Of a stretch of 32,000 nt of DNA, positions 1-8,891 are shown piece after piece. The translations under genes and the position numbers were made by a program. Origin of the DNA: Desulfotalea psychrophila LSv54 (GTDB lineage Bacteria; Desulfobacterota; Desulfobulbia; Desulfobulbales; Desulfocapsaceae); contig NC_006138.1 in assembly GCF_000025945.1 (NCBI RefSeq), positions 3,150,001 through 3,182,000 on the forward strand. The letters run 5' to 3'. Numbering within the stretch: position 1 is the stretch's first letter; the number at the start of each line of letters is the position of its first letter. The notes under the pieces were generated by a model. The model did not search any database. It was given only the letters and a program-made list of their open reading frames with translations, and was not told where the DNA came from.

Positions 1-39
1 ATTATTGTAACCCACTACTATACCTTAAAAAACAAAAAA

Positions 40-67
40 GGCCCATATCACAGAAGCGATATGGGCC
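40..67 (-). terminator. Rho-independent terminator downstream of rpiB (minus-strand transcription)
   Basis: 10-bp perfect inverted repeat GGCCCATATC (40-49) / GATATGGGCC (58-67), 8-nt loop, with an A-rich run (27-39) on the + strand that becomes the U-tract for minus-strand transcripts. Confidence 0.85.
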
Positions 68-89
68 CAAAGAGAGAAAAGCAATTCTT

Positions 90-518
90 TTAAATATCGC
101 TAAACTTGGTAATACGTTGTAAATGTCTTCCGCCAACAAATTCAGTAGTCAACCAGGTATGTAGAACCTGCTGAGCACGTTCAGGTGAAAGGACACGCGC
201 CCCCATACAAAGTATATTAGCATCATTATGCTCACGACTCATGGCAGCGGTATACTCATCATGACAGAGAGCCGCTCGAACAGATCTATTTCTATTTGCG
301 GCAATGGACATACCAATGCCTGTACCACAAATCAAAACGCCCCTATCCCCATGCTCCACAAGAGCATCGACTGCCCTCTGGGCATAATCCGGATAATCAA
401 CAGAGTCAAGGCTGTCACAGCCCACATCCTCAATGGTATGCCCCAGAGCTACAATCTTTTTCTTAAGCAACTCTTTTAACTCATAGCCACCATGGTCCGA
501 TGCAATTATTATATTCAC
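90..518 (-). CDS. rpiB: Ribose-5-phosphate isomerase B
   Basis: ORF 142 aa; MNIIIASDHGGYELK, GVLICGTGIGMSIAANR, ANILCMGARV motifs of the RpiB/LacAB family. Confidence 0.95.
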   Translation of the reverse strand: MNIIIASDHGGYELKELLKKKIVALGHTIEDVGCDSLDSVDYPDYAQRAVDALVEHGDRGVLICGTGIGMSIAANRNRSVRAALCHDEYTAAMSREHNDANILCMGARVLSPERAQQVLHTWLTTEFVGGRHLQRITKFSDI

Positions 519-559
519 AACTATTCCTTTTCTAATTCAAGATGGAAGCGGGCGAGAAC

Positions 560-1804
560 CTACTCACCAATATACTGCTTCATTGCCACAACAGCATTGG
601 TACCACCAAAACCAAAAGAGTTGGAGATTGCGGCACGCATCTTCATCGAACGACCAACATTAGGAGTATAATCCAAGTCACACTCAGGACTTGGCTCCTG
701 CAAATTAATCGTTGGCAAAACAAATTGCTTATCAAGGCTCAGAGCTGTCAAGACAGCTTCAACACCACCTGTTGCCCCAAGCATATGGCCAAGCATTGAT
801 TTTGTCGAACTAATGGCAAGCTTATACGCATGTTCTCCAAAAACACTCTTTATTGCCCGAGTTTCACAACGATCATTCAGGGGAGTCGATGTACCATGGG
901 CATTGATATAATCAATATCCTCTGGCTGAAAACCTGCATCTTCAATGGCCATCTTCATTGCCCGAGCGCCACCCTCTCCATCTTCCGGAGGGGCTGTTAT
1001 ATGATATGCATCACTGCTCAAACCATAACCCGCCATCTCAGCATAAATCCGAGCACCTCTGGCAATGGCGTGTTCATAATCTTCGAGGATAAGCATTCCT
1101 GCACCCTCTGCCATAACAAAACCATCACGGTCCTTGTCAAAGGGACGGGAGGAAGCAGCAGGATCATCATTTCTGGTCGACAGAGCCTTAAGGGCGGTAA
1201 ACCCCCCAATCCCTGTAGGACAGATAACGGATTCAGTTCCACCAGCAACAATAGCAAGGCACTTACCTGAGCTCACCGCATTAAAGGCTTCACCCACGGC
1301 ATGAGTTCCAGCCGCACAGGCTGTGGTCAGAGCAAGATTTGGCCCTTTAGCCCCAATTCGCATAGATATATGGCCTGAAGGCATATTAGGGATGGCCATG
1401 GGGATAAAAAATGGAGAAATTTTACGCGGTCCCTTCTCCATAAACACCTGATGATATTTTTCAATCATAGGCAAACTTCCCATACCACAACCGGTAATAA
1501 CACCTACCCGCTCACAATTTTCCTCAGTTATCTCAAAGCCACTGTCTTTCAGGGCCATAACAGCAGCTGCCACACCATATTGAGCAAAAAGATCCATATG
1601 TTTGGCTGATTTTTTATCAAAAAAATCTTCTGCCTGGAAATCTTTTACTTCAGCAGCAATTTTAACGGCAAAGTCACTCGTATCAAAACGCGTAATAGTA
1701 TCAATACCACTCTTTCCTGCACACAAATTTTCCCAGGTTTTCTCAACCCCCGTACCAAGAGGCGTAACAAGACCCACACCGGTGACAACAACTCTACGCT
1801 TCAC
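560..1804 (-). CDS. fabF: 3-oxoacyl-[acyl-carrier-protein] synthase II
   Basis: 414 aa; MKRRVVVTGVGLVTPLG, active-site TTACAAGTHAVGEA, NAHGTSTPLND, SMLGHMLGATGGVE, NSFGFGGTNA. Confidence 0.97.
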   Translation of the reverse strand: MKRRVVVTGVGLVTPLGTGVEKTWENLCAGKSGIDTITRFDTSDFAVKIAAEVKDFQAEDFFDKKSAKHMDLFAQYGVAAAVMALKDSGFEITEENCERVGVITGCGMGSLPMIEKYHQVFMEKGPRKISPFFIPMAIPNMPSGHISMRIGAKGPNLALTTACAAGTHAVGEAFNAVSSGKCLAIVAGGTESVICPTGIGGFTALKALSTRNDDPAASSRPFDKDRDGFVMAEGAGMLILEDYEHAIARGARIYAEMAGYGLSSDAYHITAPPEDGEGGARAMKMAIEDAGFQPEDIDYINAHGTSTPLNDRCETRAIKSVFGEHAYKLAISSTKSMLGHMLGATGGVEAVLTALSLDKQFVLPTINLQEPSPECDLDYTPNVGRSMKMRAAISNSFGFGGTNAVVAMKQYIGE

Positions 1805-1910
1805 GATAAGAACTCCTTTTATATTTTCCTACCCTCGTTATCTCTTTACAAACGACCTTTAAAGCATCCCAAGGCATGAACTCATAAAATTACTGCTGAA
1901 AATAGCAACC

Positions 1911-2138
1911 TTACTTGTTGCTTACGTAATCAATTGCATCCTGAACAGTCGCAATTTTTTCTGCATCTTCATCAGGAATTTCAATATCATAACCTTCTTC
2001 CATTGCCATGATCAACTCAACAAGATCAAGAGAATCAGCACCCAAATCATCAACAAAAGATGCCTTGGCAACAACTTTCTCTTTCTCAACACTCAACTGT
2101 TCTACGATAATATCAACCATTTTTTCATCTAAAGCCAT
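1911..2138 (-). CDS. acpP: Acyl carrier protein
   Basis: 75 aa acidic protein with phosphopantetheine site [19 protein letters not shown]. Confidence 0.97.
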   Translation of the reverse strand: MALDEKMVDIIVEQLSVEKEKVVAKASFVDDLGADSLDLVELIMAMEEGYDIEIPDEDAEKIATVQDAIDYVSNK

Positions 2139-2210
2139 CTTACCATTCTCCTCAAATTTTTAATTAAAGCAAGTCTCAATTATAAAAAAATATAGACTTT
2201 TTGTATAGTC

Positions 2211-2975
2211 TTACATGTACATGCCGCCATTCACATGGAGCGTTTGCCCCGTGAGATAGCGACCGTCTTCTGAGACAAGGTAGGCAACAGCAGCGGCAAT
2301 ATCTTCCGTGCGGCCAAAAGATCCAAGAGGAATCTCTGCTTTAATTTTCTCTTGAATCTTCTCATCTAATTCTTCTGTCATTTCAGTGACAACATAACCG
2401 GGAGCAACACAGTTAACGGTAATATTTCGAGCAGCATATTCACGTGCCATGGACTTACTAAAACCAACAAGTCCTGCCTTGGCAGCGGCATAATTTGCCT
2501 GTCCTGCATTACCGGCAAAACCGATCACAGAGGATATATTTACAATTCTGCCCCATCTCTTTTTCATCATAAAACGGGCAGCAGCCTTAGAACAAAGAAA
2601 CGCACCCTTGAGATTAGTATCAAGCACCGCATCCCAATCGGCCTCTTTCATTCGGGCAAGAAGACCATCACGGGTTATACCCGCATTATTTACCAAAATA
2701 TCAATGGCTCCGGCATCGGCAACAATTTGATTCAAACTCTCCTGAACCTTTTCCCCATCGGCAACATTAAAGCCAATGATCTCAGCCTTACCACCAGCCT
2801 TTTCTATCAGTTCTTTTGTTTCAATGGCAGCATCCGGGCGACTCACGTAGTTGATATACACAAGAGCTCCCATACCGGCAAGACGCAGGGCTATGCCACG
2901 ACCTATTCCTCGACTGCCACCTGTCACTACAGCTATTTTTCCGTCAAGAATCACAAGATTTTCCTCTTTTTTCAA
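2211..2975 (-). CDS. fabG: 3-oxoacyl-[acyl-carrier-protein] reductase
   Basis: SDR family: GKIAVVTGGSRGIGRGIALRLA, NNAGITRDGLLARM, SS..YAAAKAGLVGFSKSMARE; true start may be a few codons inside the ORF. Confidence 0.95.
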   Translation of the reverse strand: MKKEENLVILDGKIAVVTGGSRGIGRGIALRLAGMGALVYINYVSRPDAAIETKELIEKAGGKAEIIGFNVADGEKVQESLNQIVADAGAIDILVNNAGITRDGLLARMKEADWDAVLDTNLKGAFLCSKAAARFMMKKRWGRIVNISSVIGFAGNAGQANYAAAKAGLVGFSKSMAREYAARNITVNCVAPGYVVTEMTEELDEKIQEKIKAEIPLGSFGRTEDIAAAVAYLVSEDGRYLTGQTLHVNGGMYM

Positions 2976-3696
2976 GTCTTCTAATCAACTCAGGCAAGAT
3001 TTCTTCGACCCTACCAACAATGCCATAGTCAGCCACTGTAAATATGACAGCATCCCTATCACTTTTTATTGCCACAACTTTTTCCGCACCTAATATGCTA
3101 GAAACATGTTGAATAGAGCCAGAAATACCACAGGCTAAATAAAATTTAGGAGAAACAGTTTTACCCGTCTGACCTATCTGCACACTGGCAGGAAAACAGC
3201 CATTATCAACAGCAAAACGGGAAGCGCCAACCACGGCCTCCATTGCCGCCGACAGTATATACACCAGCTTGGCATTTTTTTCACTTCTTAATCCAGCACC
3301 AGCTGGCACAATAATATCGCTATCCTCTACAGATAATCCTTTCTGAAAAAAACGCACTGATTTTAACAGGCGAGCAGATGTCGCCCCAGCAAGGACAATT
3401 GCAGACCTATATTCCTGAATAAATTCAGTTAAAATAATACGATAATTTCCCTCATTAAAATACCGAATATGTGGATCGTTTACCACAAAAACTTTATCGG
3501 CACCATAACGAATCAACTTATCTTGATCAGCAACAGTAATCTCACCCATGGCAATTGCCATAAGATCTGTCCCCGCCTTGTCAGCCAGCTCTCTGCCCAC
3601 CCCGAGAAATTTCAGGGCAACCGAGGCCACGACCTCAACATCCAATTCAAAAAAGACAAGCACCCCGCGGCAATCACTCAGATCAGCTACTCCCAA
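2944..3696 (-). pseudogene. etfA: Electron transfer flavoprotein alpha subunit, internally deleted remnant
   Basis: N-terminal part (RGVLVFFELDVEVVASVALKFLGVGRELADKAG...VFVVNDPHIRYFNEGNYRIILTEFIQEYRSAIVLAGATSAR) and FAD-domain C-terminal part (SAAMEAVVGASRFAVDNGCFPASVQIGQTGKTVSPKFYLACGISGSIQH...FTVADYGIVGRVEEILPELI) are recognisable. The segment normally between them is missing (250 aa versus a typical ~310-320). Confidence 0.82.
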
Positions 3697-3753
3697 GGAG
3701 CTCTTTTCACTCTCTATGAAAGAAACAGGGAAGACAACAGGTTCAGCTACTTC

Positions 3754-4120
3754 CTAACCAACAAAGAGCATAACCAGTAGGGGCTCCTTCAGTAGATCGT
3801 AAGCAACAGACATCTTTCTCTCCACAAGCAGACGACCAGATTCACCGATCTCTATCCTGGTAGCCAGCCTAGCAAAGACTATGCTCAAATGAAAGGCAGG
3901 CAGGACCCACTTGAGCTGTATCTCCAGCAACGGCCTGTTTACCGCAGAGAATTAAATCGTAGGGACCACGCAAAGTAAGTGTTTTTGAAAGGGCATAGGA
4001 AGTTGCAAGGGTGTCTGAACCGGCAAATTCTACCCCATCACATAAAAGAGTGTCCGTCTCTGGAACAAGACGAATCTTTTCGGTATCAGGAACCTGTTTT
4101 ATACAGACAGCTATACGCAT
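3754..4120 (-). pseudogene. etfB: Electron transfer flavoprotein beta subunit, deleted and frameshifted remnant
   Basis: Frame 1 (4120->3869): MRIAVCIKQVPDTEKIRLVPETDTLLCDGVE directly joined to FAGSDTLATSYALSKTL...YDLILCGKQAVAGDTAQVGP, then a stop. A second frame continues as ...AFHLSIVFARLATRIEIGESGRLLVERKMSVAYDLLKEPLLVMLFVG* (stop at 3754-3756). Confidence 0.85.
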
Positions 4121-4153
4121 GGAATTTGCAAAAATAGTCGCTAGAAAAGCGAA

Positions 4154-5128
4154 CTACCAACGAATAAGGCTCGCACCCCAGGTGAATCCTCCACCAAATG
4201 AGCAAAGAAGCACAAGGTCGCCTGATTCAATTTTACCACCGCGTACCGCTTCATCAAGGGCAATGGGCACAGAGGCAGCAGAGGTATTTCCATAGTTAGC
4301 AATGTTGACAAAAACCTGCTCGGAACTCAATCCTAAACGCTCACCAAGATTTTTGATAATACGAATATTCGCCTGATGGGGAATAAGTAACTTAATTTCG
4401 TGAGGAGAGACACCAACCTCTTCCATTATGGTATTAACCGCACCTTCCATCGCCCGCACGGCATGCTTGAAAACTTCACGGCCCTCCATATGAATATGGC
4501 TTCCCTCATACTCACCTAATCGCAGATCAGTGTTCGTGCTCTCGGAACCACTGAGAAACAATATGTCACCAAAAGAACCATCGGAGAAGAGCTTAGAGGC
4601 AAGAATCCCCCTATCTCCTTCTTCATAACCGATAACAGCAGCTCCGGCACCATCGGCAAAAATAATACTGGTGTTTCTATCCTGCTGATTTGTTCTCGCA
4701 GAAAGAGTCTCAGTACCAATACAAAGCACTTTCATGGCAGGATTAGTCGCCACGTATTTTGAACCAACCTCCATGGCATATAAAAAGCCGGAACAGGCGG
4801 CATTCACATCGAAGGCAAATGCTTTTTTAGCACCAATTTCTTGCTGTATCATACAGGCACAGGAAGGCATAACCATATGAGCGCTGATTGTTCCCACCAC
4901 GATCATATCAAGATCTTCGGCCACAAGCCCGGCTGCGTCGAGAGCATTTTTGGCAGCACGACTGGCAAGAATATAAGCCTGTTCTCCAGGGCCTGCTATG
5001 CGACGTTCACAAATACCTGTTCTTGTTCTGATCCACTCATCATTGGTCTCAACAATTTTTTCAAGATCTTTGTTGGTCACAATCTTCTCTGGCAAACAAG
5101 AGCCTGTTCCAAGAATCACTACACTCAT
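4154..5128 (-). CDS. fabH: 3-oxoacyl-[acyl-carrier-protein] synthase III
   Basis: 324 aa; active site NAACSGFLYAMEV, LIPHQANIRI, NYGNTSAASVP. Confidence 0.97.
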   Translation of the reverse strand: MSVVILGTGSCLPEKIVTNKDLEKIVETNDEWIRTRTGICERRIAGPGEQAYILASRAAKNALDAAGLVAEDLDMIVVGTISAHMVMPSCACMIQQEIGAKKAFAFDVNAACSGFLYAMEVGSKYVATNPAMKVLCIGTETLSARTNQQDRNTSIIFADGAGAAVIGYEEGDRGILASKLFSDGSFGDILFLSGSESTNTDLRLGEYEGSHIHMEGREVFKHAVRAMEGAVNTIMEEVGVSPHEIKLLIPHQANIRIIKNLGERLGLSSEQVFVNIANYGNTSAASVPIALDEAVRGGKIESGDLVLLCSFGGGFTWGASLIRW

Positions 5129-6146
5129 GAGCTACATCCACCACTGTTTTGTTCTTCTAATGCGAGGCCTTCAAGAATGGCTTGACCCACATGATGACGT
5201 TCCATATTTATGGCTTCAAGAATAGCATTCTTAATTGCCCGGGCATTGGACTTACCATGGGAGACAATACCAGTACCATTAATGCCAAGAAGCGGTGCTC
5301 CACCATACTCTGTGTAGTCTACTCGCTTTTTAAAGGCCTTAAAGGCAGGTCTTGCCAAGAGATAACCTATTTTGGCAAGCGTCGATTTCATAATTTCATC
5401 ACGCAACATCTGCATCGCAGCATCAGCCAATCCTTCACTGATCTTTAAACAGACATTACCAACAAAACCATCACAAATAATAACATCTACATTGCCTTGA
5501 TATACGTCTCTTCCTTCAACATTACCGATAAAGTTCAGGGAACTATCAGCAAGTAGCTGATGTGTCTCCTTCACAAGGGCATTGCCCTTTCCTGACTCCT
5601 CTCCATTAGAGAGAAGACCAATAGTTGGATTTTTTATACCATGAATACAGGAGTAGGCAGAGGCCATTACACCAAACTGAAACAGATGAAGCGGTTTACA
5701 GTCAACATTGGCTCCGATATCCATAAGAACAACAGGCTTTTTCAAGGTAGGAAAAGTCGAGGCGATTCCCGGGCGAGCAACACCCTTTAATCGACCAAGT
5801 TTACGCATGCCTGCGGCAAGGGTAGCGCCTGAATTACCGGCACTTACCACCGCATTAGCCCTGCCCTGTTTAACCAGATCAAAGGCTACGACAATGGATG
5901 CATCCTTCTTTTTACGAATAGCATCAACAGGATGTTCGTTCATCTCAATAACCTGAGATGAACGAACAATATCTATCCGTGAAAGCGCTTTAGAAGAAGG
6001 CACAGTACATCCAGGGCAGACTGAAGCTTCGCCTCATCTCCGACCAGAAGTACCTTAACATCTGCCTCTTCTACAGCTAGCAATGCCCCGGCTATCAGTT
6101 CCTTCGATCCATGGTCTCCGCCCATGGCGTCCAGGGCTATTTGCAC
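5125..6146 (-). CDS. plsX: Phosphate acyltransferase PlsX, encoded in two frames (frameshift near 5975-6033)
   Basis: ORF 5125..6003 encodes ...IDIVRSSQVIEMNEHPVDAIRKKKDASI...VSAGNSGATLAAG...DIGANVDC...CDGFVGNVCLK...YGGAPLLGINGTGIVSHG. Upstream, in another frame (GTG at 6146, stop at 5973), lies VQIALDAMGGDHGSKELIAGALLAVEEADVKVLLVGDEAKLQSALD, the conserved PlsX N-terminus, with an SD-like AGGGG just before it. Confidence 0.85.
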
Positions 6147-6155
6147 GTCAGACCC

Positions 6156-6344
6156 CTACTCTACTTCAGCTTCAAGACTAAATACTTCGCGCTTGTTGTA
6201 CTTACCGCAACTTCCGCAAAGACGATGCGGCTCTTTTGGCTCTCCACACTCAGAGCAAAGAGAAAGTGCTGGTGCACTCAGGGCATCATGTGAACGTCTT
6301 AGGCGAGTTCGTGAACGGGAATGTCTTCTCTTAGGTACGGCCAT
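6156..6344 (-). CDS. rpmF: 50S ribosomal protein L32
   Basis: 62 aa; MAVPKRRHSRSRTRLRRSHDAL...CSECGEPKEPHRLCGSCGKYNKREV. Confidence 0.97.
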   Translation of the reverse strand: MAVPKRRHSRSRTRLRRSHDALSAPALSLCSECGEPKEPHRLCGSCGKYNKREVFSLEAEVE

Positions 6345-6386
6345 GGTTTTCCTCCAATTAGCAACTACTTCTAGTAAATCCAGCGA

Positions 6387-6902
6387 CTAGCGCTGTGAAA
6401 GTTTCTTTAAAACAGCAAACGGCGATGTCGAATCATAGGGGCTACACTGGCACTTCTGCTCATTAAGCAAAACTCCGCAACCAGCACAGATCCCTTTACA
6501 ATCTTCCCTGCATTCCACCCGCAAGGGCAAAGATAGTTCAGCCTGCTCACGCAGGAGTTCTTCAACATCAACAACCGGTTCTTCTAGATAAACAGTCATA
6601 AGATCATCCACTTCAAACTCGACTTCTGCTAAGTCTGAGATGATCTCTTCTTTAGTTGTAAGGGTATAGGCAAATTCACTTTGAATAGCAAGATTAACCT
6701 TCTCACCACAACTAACACATGTTCCGACACAGCATCCTGTTAAGCTACCTGCCAGTACAACCGCTTCATTGTTTTGACGAACAACCGAGTAGTGAGCAAC
6801 AAGTTCCCCACCGACCAGTTCTTCAGGCCAACTATACCATCCCGTATTTTCACAAGAAAAAACACGAGAAGCACCTACTATTTCACTAAAATCAAGTTTC
6901 AT
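6387..6902 (-). CDS. YceD/DUF177 family protein (23S rRNA accumulation-type)
   Basis: 171 aa; C-terminal LPLRVECREDCKGICAGCGVLLNEQKCQC typical of DUF177, directly upstream of rpmF-plsX. Confidence 0.9.
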   Translation of the reverse strand: MKLDFSEIVGASRVFSCENTGWYSWPEELVGGELVAHYSVVRQNNEAVVLAGSLTGCCVGTCVSCGEKVNLAIQSEFAYTLTTKEEIISDLAEVEFEVDDLMTVYLEEPVVDVEELLREQAELSLPLRVECREDCKGICAGCGVLLNEQKCQCSPYDSTSPFAVLKKLSQR

Positions 6903-7210
6903 TTTCCCTCAAAACAACTCAAAAATCTTTATGATAAAAGACAAAGACTAACAAAATAATCAATTTCCCCAACAATGACCAGAAAAAAATGACATATGAA
7001 AAAAGATTCTTTCCTCTTTCACGTTTCACAGTCTCTGGGAAAAACTACTGACAAAAGCTTACCTCTATTTTATTATCCTCTCATCACAAGCTTTTAAGCA
7101 CAAATCTCGCAATAAAGAAAGCTTCTATTCGTCATGTGTCTGTACAATAACAAAAAAATCCTGTAAATCAAGATGGTCAGATACTCTAATTCAACTTACA
7201 ACGGTCAACT

Positions 7211-8335
7211 ATGAAGCAAGAAAATATTATTTCCACTACTGAAGATCTCAAAAAAATAGTAAACAAGGCCCTTAAGCTCGATGCCGTAGGTCTCGATACC
7301 GAATTTGTCTGGGAGAGAACATACTACCCGCAACTAGGCCTGATCCAGATAGCCCTCTCCGACGAAGAATGTTATGCCATCGACCCTCTATCCATAAAAG
7401 ACCTCAGCCCACTAGGAGAGCTTTTGGCAGATAGAAACACCATTAAAATATTACACGATGCGCCTCAGGACTTAATAATCATGAGCCAGGCAACGGGGGC
7501 GACACCACAAAATATTTTTGACACAAGACTTGCGGCAGGATTTGCCGGTTCCATCTCAACCATATCATTACTCCAGCTAGTCAGCGAACAACTTGAAACA
7601 GAACTCGATAAAAGCGAGACCCGAACAAACTGGCTGAAAAGACCTCTCACAGAAAAGCAGCTCAGCTACTCGCTCAACGACGTACGCTACCTACGGGCAA
7701 CACGAGTAATTCTCCTCAGCAAAATCATTGGCCCCAAGATCAAATCCTGGCTCCAAGAAGAGCTCAATCTACTAAATAACCCAGCTAACTACAGCACCAT
7801 AGCCGACGAAAGCCGCTACAAGAAAGTAAAGGGCGTCAACAAGCTAGACAGAAAATCCATAGGCGTTGCCCAAGAGATTGCCACCTGGCGAGAACAGAAA
7901 GCACGGGAACTTAACCGGCCAAGGGGCCATGTAATCAAAGACGACATCCTGCTTGAGATCGCAGCAATAAGACCAACACGCCCAGAAGAACTTGCCAACA
8001 CGGCAATCAGCACCAAAGCAGCAGAGAGATATGGCAACGATATATGCCAGGCAACAGCCAGAGCTCTTAATAAGAAAGAGGTCGACCTTCCGCACCAACA
8101 GAAGAGAAGCCAACTCTCCTCCCAGGAAAAAGGTGCTCTGGCACAGCTCAAAGAGCTTATCACCCTTAAATGCGACATTCTGGGCATCGACCCGGCTCTA
8201 CTTGGTAACAGTAACGAACTGAAAAAAATCATCCAGACACTTTATAAGGGCAAGACTACCCATATGAGACAATCCTTTGGTTGGCGAAAAGAATTCCTTA
8301 AAGATTTCTATCAAATTCACAGAGACACCATCTAA
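7211..8335 (+). CDS. rnd: Ribonuclease D
   Basis: 374 aa; DEDD exonuclease motifs VGLDTEFVWERTYYPQLGLIQIA, ILHDAPQDLIIM, FDTRLAAGFAG, YSLNDVRYL, followed by an HRDC-like C-terminus. Confidence 0.92.
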   Translation: MKQENIISTTEDLKKIVNKALKLDAVGLDTEFVWERTYYPQLGLIQIALSDEECYAIDPLSIKDLSPLGELLADRNTIKILHDAPQDLIIMSQATGATPQNIFDTRLAAGFAGSISTISLLQLVSEQLETELDKSETRTNWLKRPLTEKQLSYSLNDVRYLRATRVILLSKIIGPKIKSWLQEELNLLNNPANYSTIADESRYKKVKGVNKLDRKSIGVAQEIATWREQKARELNRPRGHVIKDDILLEIAAIRPTRPEELANTAISTKAAERYGNDICQATARALNKKEVDLPHQQKRSQLSSQEKGALAQLKELITLKCDILGIDPALLGNSNELKKIIQTLYKGKTTHMRQSFGWRKEFLKDFYQIHRDTI

Positions 8336-8349
8336 CAAAAATTTTGCCG

Positions 8350-8643
8350 ATGACAACTTTTGAAAAAATCTACAGCCTCTTTTCTATTTTTTTCGTGCTC
8401 GGCCTTGCCGCAGCACTCGCCCTGAATCCGGAGCTACGCCAACTGAAACCAATGCTCATCCTTGCCAGCACCGGATTTTTCATCAACATTGGCTATATGT
8501 TTGTTGTATTACGCAACATAATGTGCAAAAGTAACTTCAGACAAAAAGATAAATTTTTTTGGATTGCACTTATCCTGATAATTTGGCCGGCTAGCATTAT
8601 TTACCTGATACTATACGGATTCCAAAAAAACATAACATCTTAG
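8350..8643 (+). CDS. Small integral membrane protein, unknown function
   Basis: About 97 aa from the ATG at 8350; three hydrophobic segments; 14 bp after the rnd stop codon. Confidence 0.6.
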   Translation: MTTFEKIYSLFSIFFVLGLAAALALNPELRQLKPMLILASTGFFINIGYMFVVLRNIMCKSNFRQKDKFFWIALILIIWPASIIYLILYGFQKNITS

Positions 8644-8891
8644 TCTTTTCCTCACACAAAAAGGGGGACTACTTTTTTTAAAGAAGAGTGCTGACTGCTT
8701 GACTTATCGGTAAGCACAAAGTAAGATGGCTGTTTTTTGTACTAGTTACATTGCATTTATTTTATTATGTAATGAAGATATGGTGATTTTATTTCCATAT
8801 TCATTTTATGTGTATAAGTGCAAAGTGGTGGGTTCATTTTTTCTGCCGAACTCATAATTGCCACACAATACAATACAGGGCTACACGAACT

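Noticed and set aside
830-1270. Plus-strand 146-aa ORF inside fabF
   Set aside because: Antisense shadow of a well-conserved FabF coding sequence; no plausible domain.
4011-4295. Plus-strand ORF (94 aa) over etfB/fabH
   Set aside because: It is antisense to the etfB remnant and the fabH 3' end, with low-complexity composition and no family match; it is a shadow ORF.
5973-6033. Programmed -1 ribosomal frameshifting as the explanation for the split plsX
   Set aside because: The frame relation would need a -1 shift, but the overlap (e.g. CTG TGC CTT CTT CTA AAG) contains no canonical X XXY YYZ heptamer. Programmed frameshifting is not known to me for plsX, so a lesion or sequence error is preferred.
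8808-8891. N-terminal extension of Ffh (MCISAKWWVHFFCRTHNCHTIQYRATRT)
   Set aside because: Ffh proteins begin at MFENLTDRL; the extension is cysteine/tryptophan-rich without homology and looks like read-through into the upstream region.
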